From IMG/VR virus record IMGVR_UViG_3300026076_000001: a stretch of 64,000 nt of DNA; one strand, written 5' to 3'. The stretch is from a virus. This document shows, piece by piece, positions 46,707-57,659 of the stretch (position 1 is the stretch's first letter; the number at the start of each line of letters is the position of its first letter). The position numbers and the translations under genes were made by a program. Below the pieces are notes generated by a model. That model saw only the letters and a program-made list of their open reading frames with translations, made no database searches and was not told the DNA's origin.

Positions 46707-48152
46707 TCACATAAGGTTGCGAACAAGCACACGTCTGTAGTACTGGTTGCGTCCAGTTCCTGTATTGGAAAGTACGTCTTCGCCAACTGTTGATCCATCT
46801 GCCTTAAAGACGAATGGGTTAGCAACGATTCCGTATCTTGTCTTAAATCCAATTTTAGGTTGGAAGGATCCTTGATCCACTGCACGAACCATCTGTAGGG
46901 GTACATATGGGCAGTAGAACATACCAGCATCATAAGGAGATGAACCCTTATAACCAGCAACATAGAAGTGGTCGTTAGCCAAGTTCGCTGAATATGGATC
47001 AACGTAAACTTTAACGCCACCGTTTAGAGTTCCAACAAAGGTGTTACCTGTATCATCAGGAAGTCCGTTGGTGGATAGAGCAGGTGTATAGTCTAGAACA
47101 CCAGCCATATTGAGTGCAGAAGCAACGTCAGCAGAACAAAGGATGAAGTTACCCTTTCCTCTACGAGTTTGCTGTGCGATTGCGTTAGCATCACGCTCGA
47201 TTTGATAAATCAAACCTTTGAATTTCTCAACAGACCAACGACCATTACTGTCGGTGTCTAGGTTGAAGATTCCAGCGTTTGCAACGTTGTTTTGTGCTCC
47301 GACTTTTGCTTGGAGATAAACAGTTCTGATAACTTCACGGTTAATTTCAGCAAGGATCTCAGAAGAGAGAATGTTTGCTAATTCCGTTTCAGCATCTAGA
47401 CCGTGAATCGCCTTCAAGTCTTGAGCAAGTTCTAAGGTGTACTCTGCTTTGAGTGCACGTGATTTAGCAGTAACCGATACCTTATCGATTGTGAATGCCA
47501 TCTCACGGAAGTCTGGTGAACCTGAGGTTCCCAAAGCTTCTAGATAGTCTCTTGCACTACCAGCTGTATTCTCGTAACGATATCCAGTACCAGCAGAAGG
47601 ATATGTGGTACCATCGTTGAGGATAGCAGGGTTGTTACCTTCAGCAGTGTTGTCAGCAGAAGCAGCAGCTGCAGCACCTGTGCCACCGCCACCTGGATCT
47701 ACGTAACCAGCTGTAGGATCATAAGCGTTCGCACCAGCAGCGTCTCCAACTGCGGAGAAACCTGGGTTAGGCTCATTGAATAATGCTTCAGCACCATCTC
47801 TGTCGTTATAGTGTGAACGCATTGCGAAGATAAGTCCTGTAGGACCACTCATTGGCTGTACGCCACAAACATCGTATGCAACGAGGTTTGGCATAGCACG
47901 ACGGATCAAGCTGATTAGGATTGGATCGAATCCAGCTAGACCTGAAGAACCGTGAGAGGACTTAAGACCATCTGCACCAACAGAGTTGATTGGAGCAGCT
48001 TCGTTAAGCATACCGTGCTCTTCTTTGAGAGCTTTCTCTTGATTTTCTAGGATTGAAGCGGTAACCTGCCTTCTATGAGAATCCTTAATCTCAGATAGAT
48101 CTTTATGATCTAGAACAGGTGCCCACTTTTCCTGTAATTGACGGGTATCCAT
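46707..48152 (-). CDS. gp23: Major capsid protein
   Basis: GVQPMSGPTGLIFAMR, KSRALKAEYTLELAQDLKAIHGLDAE, FQPKIGFKTRYG. Confidence 0.98.
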   Translation of the reverse strand: MDTRQLQEKWAPVLDHKDLSEIKDSHRRQVTASILENQEKALKEEHGMLNEAAPINSVGADGLKSSHGSSGLAGFDPILISLIRRAMPNLVAYDVCGVQPMSGPTGLIFAMRSHYNDRDGAEALFNEPNPGFSAVGDAAGANAYDPTAGYVDPGGGGTGAAAAASADNTAEGNNPAILNDGTTYPSAGTGYRYENTAGSARDYLEALGTSGSPDFREMAFTIDKVSVTAKSRALKAEYTLELAQDLKAIHGLDAETELANILSSEILAEINREVIRTVYLQAKVGAQNNVANAGIFNLDTDSNGRWSVEKFKGLIYQIERDANAIAQQTRRGKGNFILCSADVASALNMAGVLDYTPALSTNGLPDDTGNTFVGTLNGGVKVYVDPYSANLANDHFYVAGYKGSSPYDAGMFYCPYVPLQMVRAVDQGSFQPKIGFKTRYGIVANPFVFKADGSTVGEDVLSNTGTGRNQYYRRVLVRNLM

Positions 48153-48193
48153 CTTTATTACTTTTAAGGGGGTTGATGTTTATAATGTTAAAA

Positions 48194-49282
48194 TCACTTA
48201 ACAGCGTTTCCGATTGCATTCAGATATGCTTGCATAACTGGTGCGTACTCGGTGCTGACACCTTCAAGTGGCTCTTCTTTTACTGCTTCAGCAACTTGTG
48301 CTTTCTCAGTAAAGTATGATCCCTTGATTGTGGTTAGTTTCTCTCTATAAGATGCTTCATCTTTAAAGGTTACAGCTTCAGCAAGATCAGCGAACTTCTC
48401 TTTCTGTGTATCTGTAAGTCCTTCACTCATTTCGGAGACAATGCCTCCTCTAACTTGAGCAGAGATTTGTTTTGACAATTTCACGTTCGCATCAATCTGT
48501 TCATTGAGGCGGTCTTCCATTTCACGAAGCGAAGTGTTCATAGATTCTAGAACATCTTCTTTGCCCTCAGGCACGTCAATATAGTGCTCTTCAAAGAGTC
48601 CTTTCAGACCTTTGATGAACGACTCAGTGATCTCGACTTTGAGACCAGTGTCGATAGCTACTTGATTCTCTTCTAGCCAACGCTGAGAAGTGTACTTCAA
48701 GATACCATCAACTTCTTCGGCCAAGGACTCCCGAACTTTCTCGGTGTTCTCGGCAAGCTTTTCGCTATACTGTGTTTCGAGTTCTTCAACAATAGAAACA
48801 ACTTTAGATTTTACTGCTGCTTCAAAAATTGTTGATGCTTTCTTCAAGAACTCCTCACTCAGTTCTTCTCCTTCGGAGAGTGCCTTAACGTCAGCACTTA
48901 GATCTACTTCGATATCCTCTTTCTTGGTACCGTAAGTAATCTTGTCAGCAAGCTTAGGATCAGATCCAGACGGCTCGTCTTTACCACCACCAGTTTGAGG
49001 ATCGCTCACTGCGTCCTTAGTCGCATTCTTATCCAACTTGTTGGAATCGTCACGCGGGTGATTATGTGTGGGAGTAGGTCCACCTAAATCTTGGATTGCC
49101 TGACCAGGCACCAAGGAAGGATCTACTTTACCTGAAGCCTGATCACCTGCTGCTGCTTTTGCGTTTACCGCAGTTTTGCTTTGGGTAGATGGGGCTACTG
49201 GTTCGCTCCCAGGAACTGTTGCACTAGGAAGTCCTGCTTCACTAATAAGTTCCTCAAACTTTTCGTTCAAAATTTCGGACAT
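48194..49282 (-). CDS. gp22: Prohead core scaffolding protein
   Basis: KASTIFEAAV, LFEEHYIDVP; TATAAATA at 49329-49336. Confidence 0.9.
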   Translation of the reverse strand: MSEILNEKFEELISEAGLPSATVPGSEPVAPSTQSKTAVNAKAAAGDQASGKVDPSLVPGQAIQDLGGPTPTHNHPRDDSNKLDKNATKDAVSDPQTGGGKDEPSGSDPKLADKITYGTKKEDIEVDLSADVKALSEGEELSEEFLKKASTIFEAAVKSKVVSIVEELETQYSEKLAENTEKVRESLAEEVDGILKYTSQRWLEENQVAIDTGLKVEITESFIKGLKGLFEEHYIDVPEGKEDVLESMNTSLREMEDRLNEQIDANVKLSKQISAQVRGGIVSEMSEGLTDTQKEKFADLAEAVTFKDEASYREKLTTIKGSYFTEKAQVAEAVKEEPLEGVSTEYAPVMQAYLNAIGNAVK

Positions 49283-49338
49283 CGGGGTTGACCTCTGTTA
49301 AGCTTTTATACTGTTTATGTCTAAGAGTTATTTATATA

Positions 49339-49986
49339 TTACAAACTTCCTAGGAAGTTTTGGAACACCTTGAGTTTCCGTGCCTCTAGATCACGGAGCT
49401 CACTTTCAGAAATGAACTTATGATATTTAGCTACTTTTTCTTCTTTTACGATACCATTATCCCAACACCATTCCTTACCTTCCATTATGCCATCTACGAA
49501 AGCATCAGGTGCGGAGGGGTCGGCGACGATATCAGCAGCAGTAGCTAACATATAGTCATCTCTAACGAAGGAAGTACCTTCACGTTTCTCTACAGTACCT
49601 AAACCTCTAGAGGAAACTCCAAGACGTACACCTTCATCTAATAGATTCTGTGCAATCTTGCCCATAGGTGTGCCAAGAATTCTTGCCTTACCTACAAAAT
49701 TATTTCCTTCTTTACGGAGTGAAACGATACGGTGAGATACCCTATCCAAATTAATGGTAGGACCATCTGGGTGACCAAGTTCACCTACAGCACGATCTCT
49801 ATTGACGTGCTCTTCAATGTACTTGTTTACTTCACGTTCAAGAATGTTAATAGGATAAACCCTATTATTACGATTCTTGAGCTCGCCTTGTAAAAAGACA
49901 CCTTCAATATACTGGGACTTCTTACCGTTCTTGGTTTCAGTCAGGTATTGTAGACCCTCAGTTAGTGTTTCCGATATCAGTTTCAT
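49339..49986 (-). CDS. gp21: Prohead protease
   Basis: IEGVFLQ...NRN.RVYP, GELGHP, GVSSRG.G, DIVADPSAPDA. Confidence 0.96.
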   Translation of the reverse strand: MKLISETLTEGLQYLTETKNGKKSQYIEGVFLQGELKNRNNRVYPINILEREVNKYIEEHVNRDRAVGELGHPDGPTINLDRVSHRIVSLRKEGNNFVGKARILGTPMGKIAQNLLDEGVRLGVSSRGLGTVEKREGTSFVRDDYMLATAADIVADPSAPDAFVDGIMEGKEWCWDNGIVKEEKVAKYHKFISESELRDLEARKLKVFQNFLGSL

Positions 49987-50248
49987 CAGTTTTTGGTTCT
50001 GAGTTGTTTTCTGGTTCTACAGAAGATGGAGTGCCTGGGGCTTCCGCTTCTGGAGTTTCATCTGGAGCATCTGGAAGTTCCATACCCCCAAAGTATGACT
50101 TAGCTATTACATCAGAGTATTGATCTAATGTCTCTGCCGATTTCCCATACATTAGGTTGTTGATAGCATCAACAGCAGCAGCACGATTACCATCAGCGAT
50201 AGCATCTACAGCAGCACGTGCGGAAGTTTCGGGTGTAACTTTGTCCAT
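49958..50248 (-). CDS. Small prohead-core-like protein (gp67/gp68 position)
   Basis: Between gp20 and gp21; acidic tail; CTAAATA at 50269-50275. Confidence 0.55.
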   Translation of the reverse strand: MDKVTPETSARAAVDAIADGNRAAAVDAINNLMYGKSAETLDQYSDVIAKSYFGGMELPDAPDETPEAEAPGTPSSVEPENNSEPKTDETDIGNTN

Positions 50249-50271
50249 AATATGTCAGAATATATTTTTAT

Positions 50272-51846
50272 TTAGCGTTCTAAGGACTTTGTGTCCTCAA
50301 CAGGCTGGTTTTCGGGGAGTATTGCATCAATTGGAACGATGCTTGGTATCAATCCAGAAGCACGTTCCTTCTTGATTTCTGCTTCTATTTCCAATCTTTC
50401 CGTATCAGTTTGCTGTAGAATCTTCTTCTTAATATTCTCTGCACTGAAATAACGTCCAATGTAAGGTTCCATCTTGACAACTAAGTCAAGGCGGTTGTTC
50501 ATTAGCTCCGCATCTTTCAGTTCATTAAAGTGATTATCAAAGAGATAATCATATTGAATATGCTCCCTCATCTCTTCCCACTCTTCGAGAGAGATAACTC
50601 TCTTCAGAACGAGTTGAGTCTTTAGAAGATCATCAAACAGAACAGAAAACTTTTTACGCAAGCGACCGACGAACTTGGAAAATTTAAGTTCGTCACGAAG
50701 AATTTCATTACTTCTTCCGAGACTAAATCCTTTTTCTCCATCGAGTCTACTGGGGGGTAAGTTGAGCGACTTGAAAAGTTTGGTGCGGAAGTACTCCACA
50801 TCCTTTAACTCACCAAGGTTTTGCCCACCAGGAAGAGTAGAGATCTCTGTGCCTCTACCACCCTCTCTGCGTGGTAACCAGAAATCCTCAAGCATCGACA
50901 TATGCTTTTTGTCATCTCTGATCTCACCAGTGTTAGCATCGTAAACTAACTTATTACGATACCTATTCATTACATCACGGAGGTATTGCTCCGCTTTCTG
51001 CTTAGGCAGATTACCAACATCAATATAAAATATCCTACGCTCTGGAGCACGGGATAGTCTATAGATGACTAATGCATCCTCAATCATTCTAAGTTGATTG
51101 AGTGACTTGATAGCTTTGTGTAGGAAAGATAATGTGATCTTTTGATTTAGATCCTGTAGTCCAGAATCTACGTGAGCAATAGAATCCTCTGCCATACGAA
51201 TGCCCTTTTGCTCAGGACCATTCATATTCAAGAATCCTTTTGGATTGTAGATATAGTATTCTTCGTGCTTACCGAAATCTAAATCCAGAACTGTAGGTTC
51301 TTTACCAGCTCTCTTTGCTTCGTTAGGATCTTTCTTATCCTTTAGTTCTCTTACCTTCTTTATTTTAAGTGGATCAATATACCTAAGTTCCGTTATACCC
51401 AACTTAGGGTTAGCTAAATCGATAACCTTATGGTAGTGAAGTCTACCATCAATATACCAACGACGGAATATTTCGTGTGCTCTTTGCTCGAAACCTAATA
51501 GACGCTTGCAATTTTCAAACTCTTCTCTTATCTTACCCTTAATATTCTCTCCTACGTTCAGATTAGATAGTTCTATCTGTACTGGAGTGTCATCTAAGTC
51601 AGATATAATAGCTTCGTTAACTACTTCATCAATAGCCGTATCCACTTCTGGATGAAGGGCCATATCACGATAACGGCGAATCAACTGGTACTCATTACGA
51701 GTTGACGCACCGCCATCGAGGTCTACATATTGTCCAAAGTAACCACCAGCAATAGTGGTAATACTATCATCCTGACTAGGAGGGATTGGGGATTGACCCT
51801 TCGGTCCCTCCTTTCTCTTTATAGAGAATCCAAATAATTGTGCCAT
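50272..51846 (-). CDS. gp20: Portal vertex protein
   Basis: RAPERRIFYIDVGNLP, EDFWLPRREGGRGTEI; CTAAATA at 51874-51880. Confidence 0.97.
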   Translation of the reverse strand: MAQLFGFSIKRKEGPKGQSPIPPSQDDSITTIAGGYFGQYVDLDGGASTRNEYQLIRRYRDMALHPEVDTAIDEVVNEAIISDLDDTPVQIELSNLNVGENIKGKIREEFENCKRLLGFEQRAHEIFRRWYIDGRLHYHKVIDLANPKLGITELRYIDPLKIKKVRELKDKKDPNEAKRAGKEPTVLDLDFGKHEEYYIYNPKGFLNMNGPEQKGIRMAEDSIAHVDSGLQDLNQKITLSFLHKAIKSLNQLRMIEDALVIYRLSRAPERRIFYIDVGNLPKQKAEQYLRDVMNRYRNKLVYDANTGEIRDDKKHMSMLEDFWLPRREGGRGTEISTLPGGQNLGELKDVEYFRTKLFKSLNLPPSRLDGEKGFSLGRSNEILRDELKFSKFVGRLRKKFSVLFDDLLKTQLVLKRVISLEEWEEMREHIQYDYLFDNHFNELKDAELMNNRLDLVVKMEPYIGRYFSAENIKKKILQQTDTERLEIEAEIKKERASGLIPSIVPIDAILPENQPVEDTKSLER

Positions 51847-51885
51847 AATAAGGTAGTATACCTTGTACTAAGGTATTTAGTCAAT

Positions 51886-52476
51886 CTAATTTATGCCGTT
51901 ATCGTACTCTTCAGGGTTGTCACCAGCAGTCCAGTATTGAACTTGGAACTCAACCGTGAATTCTTCGATCTGATCATTGCTATCATATGCAAGATCGATC
52001 TGTGATATCTGTGTTGGGAAACATCCCCAGAGCTTGTAAGACTTAACGTAGTTGTCCTGACGATCTTCGCCATTACGTCCTAGTTGATGTACTACAAGAT
52101 CCTTTGTGTATCCAGTACCACCACCATCAGGATTAACCAATGCAGCAACGTTATCTTCGTGTGCATTGATTGCCTGTAGCCATCCTTCAAAGAGATTACG
52201 TAGTCTGAAGTTAGTATCGTTGATGATAGTAACTGACCAAGTGTCAAAGGTTCTGTCTCCAGCTACCTTTACAACTCTTCCACGGAAAGGAACATCTATA
52301 ACTCCTAGGTTAGAGGCAGGAAGTGCTGCACTCTTACATAGGAATGATCCAAGTTCTCTGTCTGATTGTGATACACCTAAACCTGCTGGCCAATCGAGTT
52401 TGACCCTAAACAGATTAGGTTTAACTCCACTCCGTACTTTCGAGAGGAAGTCCTTTACATTACTTGTGACTGCCAT
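51886..52476 (-). CDS. gp19: Tail tube protein
   Basis: FRGR..KVAGDRTFD.W.VT, IEEFTVEFQVQYW; CTAAATA at 52499-52505. Confidence 0.95.
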   Translation of the reverse strand: MAVTSNVKDFLSKVRSGVKPNLFRVKLDWPAGLGVSQSDRELGSFLCKSAALPASNLGVIDVPFRGRVVKVAGDRTFDTWSVTIINDTNFRLRNLFEGWLQAINAHEDNVAALVNPDGGGTGYTKDLVVHQLGRNGEDRQDNYVKSYKLWGCFPTQISQIDLAYDSNDQIEEFTVEFQVQYWTAGDNPEEYDNGIN

Positions 52477-52518
52477 TTGCTATTGACCTCTGTTAATTTA
52501 TTTAGCGGGAGTGAATCT

Positions 52519-54702
52519 CTATCTTCCTACAATCTCATCGAAACTAACACCAGTACGTGTAGCAACGAATGTAATTGTAATAAAGTTGATAGAGCGAGAA
52601 GGCTTAAGATAGATCTCAGCAACAAACTCGTTACGATCTATGACATCGCCTGTGTTGTTTGTCTCGTCGCAGATTACGAGGTAGTCAGTTAGACCACGAC
52701 GTGCTTGAATCTCACGAAGATAACCACCAACAGCGTTAGCGAAGGATGAACGTGTAACGTCATCGTTTAGATCAAAGAGAACATTCTTTGCAAGGTTCTC
52801 AACTTGCTTCTCAACAACCAAGAACAAGCGACGAACGTTAATTCTATCGAATGCACTAGGTGTGCTAAGTGCGGTCTTATCTCCAAAGAGAACAGTACCA
52901 CGACCCTCAAAACTAGAGATTGGGTTTACACGTGCTTGATAAAGCTTATCACGGTCAGACTTAGCAGGGGTGTATGCTAGTTTGATTACGTTGCGAATGT
53001 TACCACGGTTAAATCCAGCTGGTGAGAACCAAGGATCTAACTCATTAGCGGTTTGAACAGCCAAGCCAGCAACATCACCATTGCAAGGTACGTAGCGATA
53101 GGTATCATTAAATCTGTCGTAGATATACTTCCAACCAGAGTCAAATACTGCATAGGATGTAGAAGAACCAACTCCATCGAAGAAGTCAATTACGTTGTCT
53201 CTTTGTGCATCAGTGCTTGTAGCAAGTGTACCGATGACTGCACCCTTATAAGGTGAGACAAATGCCATACAATCTTTACGTGCAGAAGCAATGTTTACAC
53301 ACTTCTGTGCGACTGAGATTGAATCAACTCTGGTACTTAGAAGAGGACCAGCGAGGATAAAGTCTAGGTTGATTGATTCAGTGTCAGCAAAGAGATCATA
53401 ACCTGTGTTAATATCTCCAGCATTAACAGCGTAACCATCTACACCACCAGCCATTGTGTATGACTGATATCCAAGCATCGTATAGTTACGACCACTTTGG
53501 ATTCCACTTCCCCATAAACCAGTGGTGTATCCACCGTATGAAGCAGTTGTGTTAGTTACGTCGTGCTTACCCCACCATAGGTAAGTAGAAGCAAAGCGAA
53601 GGATGTTAGCGTAATAGTTGTCTGCACCTTCTGTAGTCTGTGAATCAGCAGACTTAGATACGTTCTGGAACTTCTCAAGAACTGTGTTCTTAGTACCAGA
53701 GATTGCACCAGTAGCATCTAGAACAACAATACTTAGTTCATCATACTTAGAACTGAAGTTTGAAGCGTATGTAGATGTACCAGGTCTTGAAACAAGAGTG
53801 TTCCAGTTAATGTCTGTACCACTTAGTTTTGCTGCATCCCACCACTTAGTAGAAGCAGTAACGTTTACAGCAGCAAGTTCGTATACAGTAGCATTGTCAA
53901 GAGCATCAGCAGCTGTGGTACCAAACTGTCCACGATCAACTGAGAGTTGAGGAGCAGAAGCAGTGTCAGTTACCTTAACGATTTCTCCACCAGCAATCTG
54001 GAGATACTCACCAGTTGCAATGCCAGTAGCAGAAGTAACTGTGATAGTTGCGTCACCAGCAGCTACAGCACCGTCAAGAGTAGTATTTGTAGCACCTGTA
54101 TTCTGGATCAGGAGATTAGCGGTACCTGTTACAAGGTTACCATTAGTTTCAAATACTTTAAGAGCAGTACCACCAGCAGGATCAACGAATAGTTTACCAG
54201 TAACACCATTGCTCTGGTATACAGTAGTACCAGCAACAGCAGTTGTAGCTGCACTAACAGTTAGATCAAAGTCGTGTCCGTGGTCTACTACGTGAACACT
54301 AATGTTGTTTCCATATGAGCCAGCATACTTAGCACCGTAGTGGAAGTTCTGTGCTCCATCAAAATGATTAGTTGCGTAGTCTGAATCTCCCTCAATCAAT
54401 ACAGCAGATGCACTATCAGTTACAGCGTTAACTAAGTTGCTGTCTCCAATACGTACAACTTGTAGTTGTCCACCGTATGATAAAAAGTTTGTTGCGGTGA
54501 ACCAAAACTCTGCGTTGCTTGAGTTTGGCTTACCAAAATATTCTAGTAGTGATTTCTCGTTGGTGATGTTCACCATCTGATTCACTGGACCTCTCTCGAA
54601 CGGTCCAACTAATGCTCCAACGTTATCTACTGTTGAGTCTATACGAGCGTTAGTAAGGTCACGTTCCTTAATAACAACTCCAGGTGATACTTGCCCTGCC
54701 AT
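52519..54702 (-). CDS. gp18: Tail sheath protein
   Basis: SPGV.IKE.D, WFSPAG.NRG, FDRINVRRLF, KP.RSINFI; ATAAATA at 54744-54750. Confidence 0.97.
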   Translation of the reverse strand: MAGQVSPGVVIKERDLTNARIDSTVDNVGALVGPFERGPVNQMVNITNEKSLLEYFGKPNSSNAEFWFTATNFLSYGGQLQVVRIGDSNLVNAVTDSASAVLIEGDSDYATNHFDGAQNFHYGAKYAGSYGNNISVHVVDHGHDFDLTVSAATTAVAGTTVYQSNGVTGKLFVDPAGGTALKVFETNGNLVTGTANLLIQNTGATNTTLDGAVAAGDATITVTSATGIATGEYLQIAGGEIVKVTDTASAPQLSVDRGQFGTTAADALDNATVYELAAVNVTASTKWWDAAKLSGTDINWNTLVSRPGTSTYASNFSSKYDELSIVVLDATGAISGTKNTVLEKFQNVSKSADSQTTEGADNYYANILRFASTYLWWGKHDVTNTTASYGGYTTGLWGSGIQSGRNYTMLGYQSYTMAGGVDGYAVNAGDINTGYDLFADTESINLDFILAGPLLSTRVDSISVAQKCVNIASARKDCMAFVSPYKGAVIGTLATSTDAQRDNVIDFFDGVGSSTSYAVFDSGWKYIYDRFNDTYRYVPCNGDVAGLAVQTANELDPWFSPAGFNRGNIRNVIKLAYTPAKSDRDKLYQARVNPISSFEGRGTVLFGDKTALSTPSAFDRINVRRLFLVVEKQVENLAKNVLFDLNDDVTRSSFANAVGGYLREIQARRGLTDYLVICDETNNTGDVIDRNEFVAEIYLKPSRSINFITITFVATRTGVSFDEIVGR

Positions 54703-54787
54703 TTAATTACCTCTCCGAATGAAGATCCAGATTTGTCTAAATTTATTTATCTAAAAGGGATCTTTCAGTGGGGAAACGATGCGTGAA

Positions 54788-55012
54788 CTACCAGTCAGGG
54801 TATGCTTCATTAGGTGACTTATCCTTTCTTCTCTCTTGTATCCTTTTAATGGTGCAGACCTTACATTCATATGAGTAACTAGATGCCAGTTTACCTCTAG
54901 CCTTCCTAGTAAGGTAGAAGTCCTCTATCAAACTCTTCTCTTCTCCACATACTCTACAGCACCTTGTTTTAAAGACTAGATGATCTACAGAGAACTCCTT
55001 ATCAAATTCCAT
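54788..55012 (-). CDS. Small Zn-finger protein
   Basis: CRVC.EEK....FY...SYECKVC (EndoVII/HNH N-terminal-type finger, no catalytic domain). Confidence 0.65.
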   Translation of the reverse strand: MEFDKEFSVDHLVFKTRCCRVCGEEKSLIEDFYLTRKARGKLASSYSYECKVCTIKRIQERRKDKSPNEAYPDW

Positions 55013-55278
55013 TATGATACTTTACCACCCCATTCAGAATTAGGATCTAATCTCTCCATATAGTTAAACCCAGATCCTTCTGGGTATATGTATTTACCAT
55101 TCTCATCAAAGTTTGGTCCTACTTTCTTTGCAGGGTATGTGGGGTAAGGTCTTAACCCTGCTCTCATCTCATTACCTTTTCTTCTTCTCAACTGATTACC
55201 AGTCTCGTGATCTTCAGGCATAGTAGGCCACGAAGATCCTAAGAGCTCTTTGATCATCTCCTTAGTGTAACCTTTCAT
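55012..55278 (-). CDS. Hypothetical protein
   Basis: Coupled ORF. Confidence 0.6.
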   Translation of the reverse strand: MKGYTKEMIKELLGSSWPTMPEDHETGNQLRRRKGNEMRAGLRPYPTYPAKKVGPNFDENGKYIYPEGSGFNYMERLDPNSEWGGKVS

Positions 55279-55469
55279 TTTTCAGCAGCATATAAGGCAA
55301 ACGTAGAAGTAGTTATAACAGTCATCATATTTGCTATATGTTGTTTGACATCTGAATCACAAGTTTTACCAGGTATAAAGCAACCAAATATTGTTGCTGC
55401 TACTATTGCTAATTGAAAAAATATAACAAACCTTATAAGGTCGATGACTTGCTTCTTAGTATCCATCAA
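55275..55469 (-). CDS. Small two-helix membrane protein
   Basis: Two hydrophobic segments; C..G..C loop. Confidence 0.6.
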   Translation of the reverse strand: MMDTKKQVIDLIRFVIFFQLAIVAATIFGCFIPGKTCDSDVKQHIANMMTVITTSTFALYAAEK

Positions 55470-57130
55470 ATGTAAGGCATCATATAATCTACTTCGTATT
55501 GTTTAGTACCATATTCATCTAGCTGCCATACATTACCATCCTCATCTACTATAGTCTCTTCTTCTAATCCTGTCTCTATGAATCCGAACGGAGCCATATC
55601 TTGTTCCATTTCATTCTTACGTTCATCATAGATCTTCTTACGAACGTCAAGGTCTGTTAATTCCCTGAAGAAATCCTGAAGTACCATCCAAGAGAATATG
55701 ACGTGACACATTACTAGGTCATCGTGATACCCTTCATCTGCTTCAAATGAATCTTTCTTCTGAACAAACGTAGTTAGTTCTGCAATAGTGTCATAGTCAT
55801 TGATAAGTAACTTATCCTCTTCTATGAGTGCCTTAAGGTTAGAGCATCCTTGCTTCTTAACCGTCTTAGACATCTTGACACCTAACTGTGCTTTACCACC
55901 AGAGAAACCAGATCCCATAACCTGACCAGCTCTACCACGCATAGCACACATCAATAGATTAGGATACTCCAGATCAAACTGAAGAATAGAAGCAACCTGA
56001 TCTCCTATATCATTCACCTCTATCATTATATTTGCATTATTATAATTCCTTGCGGTGTCATAGATTACATTAGGGAATAGTATAGGTTTAATTTCATTGT
56101 TTCTATACTTACCTACTAATCTATACGGGAACTCTGTGATATCAAATACACAGAAGGCAGAGTAATCCTGTGCGGTTCCTCTAGCTACGTCAACAGTAAT
56201 AACATACTCGTGTTTATCTTTTCTATTCTCGTATAGGTCTAATCCTTTATTCCTTACTATAGGAGTATCAAATGATAGTGCTTTTAACTTAGCAGGGTTG
56301 ATAAGAGTATCCTGTGATCCTAAGAATTCACACTCAAACTCCTGAGTGAACTGTCTTTGAGAAGTATTACGTATAGTCTGTTCCTTCCATTTAGCATCTC
56401 TACCAGGAACCTGAGACCAATGTACTTCGTGATTTACATATTCGTTTCTACCTTTGAGGGAGTCCTCCCACATCTTGTAGAACATATTCATCCCGTTAGG
56501 GGTGGATATGATAATTACTTTTGATTTCTTACCTGAACTAATCGTCGGATAAACGGAACTAAAAAACTGATCGCATATATGGTTGGGGATAAATGCAAAC
56601 TCATCAAGGAAGACAATATTGAAAGACATACCACGGACAGCACTGGCACTAGTAGAAGCTGCGATAAGTTTTGATCCATTTTCTAACTCCAGTGATCCTC
56701 TGTTCCAAGCAACGATACCTTGCTGCATCCAACGTGGTAAATTCTCATACGATAATTGGAGACGGCTAAGCATTTCCCTAGCCGTTGCAGCTTTGTTTGC
56801 AAGAATTGCTACGTTTACATTAGCATTAAACAGTGCATAATGCAACAGGTAGGTCGTAACGATAGTAGACTTACCAGACTGACGTGGTAGTTTTGCTATA
56901 TTAAATCTGTTCGTATGGAACTTATGCATCATCTCCTTCTGGAAATCATACATCTTAAAGTCCATCAAACCTTCGTCTATATTAACAATCTTCAAATACC
57001 TTTCAGTGAAGTAGACAGGATTGTCTCTACACTTAATATACTCAGCAACTTGTTTCTTTGTGAAACTCTGCTGAGTATTTGCTTTTTTTAAATTGGGGTT
57101 ACCAAGATATATGTCAGTAGCTGCTCCCAT
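55466..57130 (-). CDS. gp17: Terminase large subunit
   Basis: PRQSGKS, FLDEFAF, IISTPNG, DVARG, HDDLVM. Confidence 0.97.
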   Translation of the reverse strand: MGAATDIYLGNPNLKKANTQQSFTKKQVAEYIKCRDNPVYFTERYLKIVNIDEGLMDFKMYDFQKEMMHKFHTNRFNIAKLPRQSGKSTIVTTYLLHYALFNANVNVAILANKAATAREMLSRLQLSYENLPRWMQQGIVAWNRGSLELENGSKLIAASTSASAVRGMSFNIVFLDEFAFIPNHICDQFFSSVYPTISSGKKSKVIIISTPNGMNMFYKMWEDSLKGRNEYVNHEVHWSQVPGRDAKWKEQTIRNTSQRQFTQEFECEFLGSQDTLINPAKLKALSFDTPIVRNKGLDLYENRKDKHEYVITVDVARGTAQDYSAFCVFDITEFPYRLVGKYRNNEIKPILFPNVIYDTARNYNNANIMIEVNDIGDQVASILQFDLEYPNLLMCAMRGRAGQVMGSGFSGGKAQLGVKMSKTVKKQGCSNLKALIEEDKLLINDYDTIAELTTFVQKKDSFEADEGYHDDLVMCHVIFSWMVLQDFFRELTDLDVRKKIYDERKNEMEQDMAPFGFIETGLEEETIVDEDGNVWQLDEYGTKQYEVDYMMPYI

Positions 57131-57474
57131 TATCTCCTCACCACAACATCACCTTCACCATCATCTTCTTCTTCTAGTTCTTTAATCCTATCCTTAAGGT
57201 CTTTGTTAAGTGGATCTCCTAGGTTGTGAAGTTCTGGTGAGTCTAGTTTAAATCTATCAGCAATTTCTTCTTCTGGTCTTGGTGGTTGTAGTTCTCTAAA
57301 GTTGACAACCAATAGTTCATCACCTTCTTTCACATCTGCCATCTCTGGGTGTGGAAGAGGTTTTTTATTTCTATCGTACTCATTTTGTTCCATAGTTTTC
57401 CAACCAACAGACATTAAACGAAATGCTTGAATCAATAAGTAGAGTGAGAATCCATAAAATAAAATAGGAATCAT
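57130..57474 (-). CDS. Membrane-anchored hypothetical protein (DUF2973-like)
   Basis: N-terminal TM; HPEM...GDELLVVNF. Confidence 0.65.
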   Translation of the reverse strand: MIPILFYGFSLYLLIQAFRLMSVGWKTMEQNEYDRNKKPLPHPEMADVKEGDELLVVNFRELQPPRPEEEIADRFKLDSPELHNLGDPLNKDLKDRIKELEEEDDGEGDVVVRR

Positions 57475-57659
57475 TCGCTCAGTACTTCTGGTTCCTCATC
57501 AAGCATACCTTTGACAAAGGGTGAGTCACCCTTAACTCTCATCATCTCTTGTATCTCTCGTTCTTTCTTTTTAAATCTTTCTTCCTCAAGAATCTCTTGA
57601 GCCATACCCCACGAATTCGTGGCGTTATCCTTTATGTCGATGTTCCTTATGATGTGCAT
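57471..57659 (-). CDS. Small hypothetical protein
   Basis: Strong SD AGGAGA and TATAAT (57686-57691) upstream. Confidence 0.6.
   Translation of the reverse strand: MHIIRNIDIKDNATNSWGMAQEILEEERFKKKEREIQEMMRVKGDSPFVKGMLDEEPEVLSE

Noticed and set aside
9966-54295. Numerous plus-strand ORFs of 60-130 aa in the track
   Set aside because: All are antisense to well-conserved genes (nrdA, gp43, gp46, gp18 etc.), lack SD or promoter support, and have shadow-like composition.
54721-54766. Imperfect inverted repeat GAAGATCC/GGATCTTTC flanking the gp18 late promoter
   Set aside because: Short and imperfect with a long loop; indistinguishable from chance without comparative data.
54788-55012. Homing endonuclease call for the Zn-finger ORF
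   Set aside because: Only 74 aa with a Cys4 finger; no HNH or EndoVII catalytic segment.
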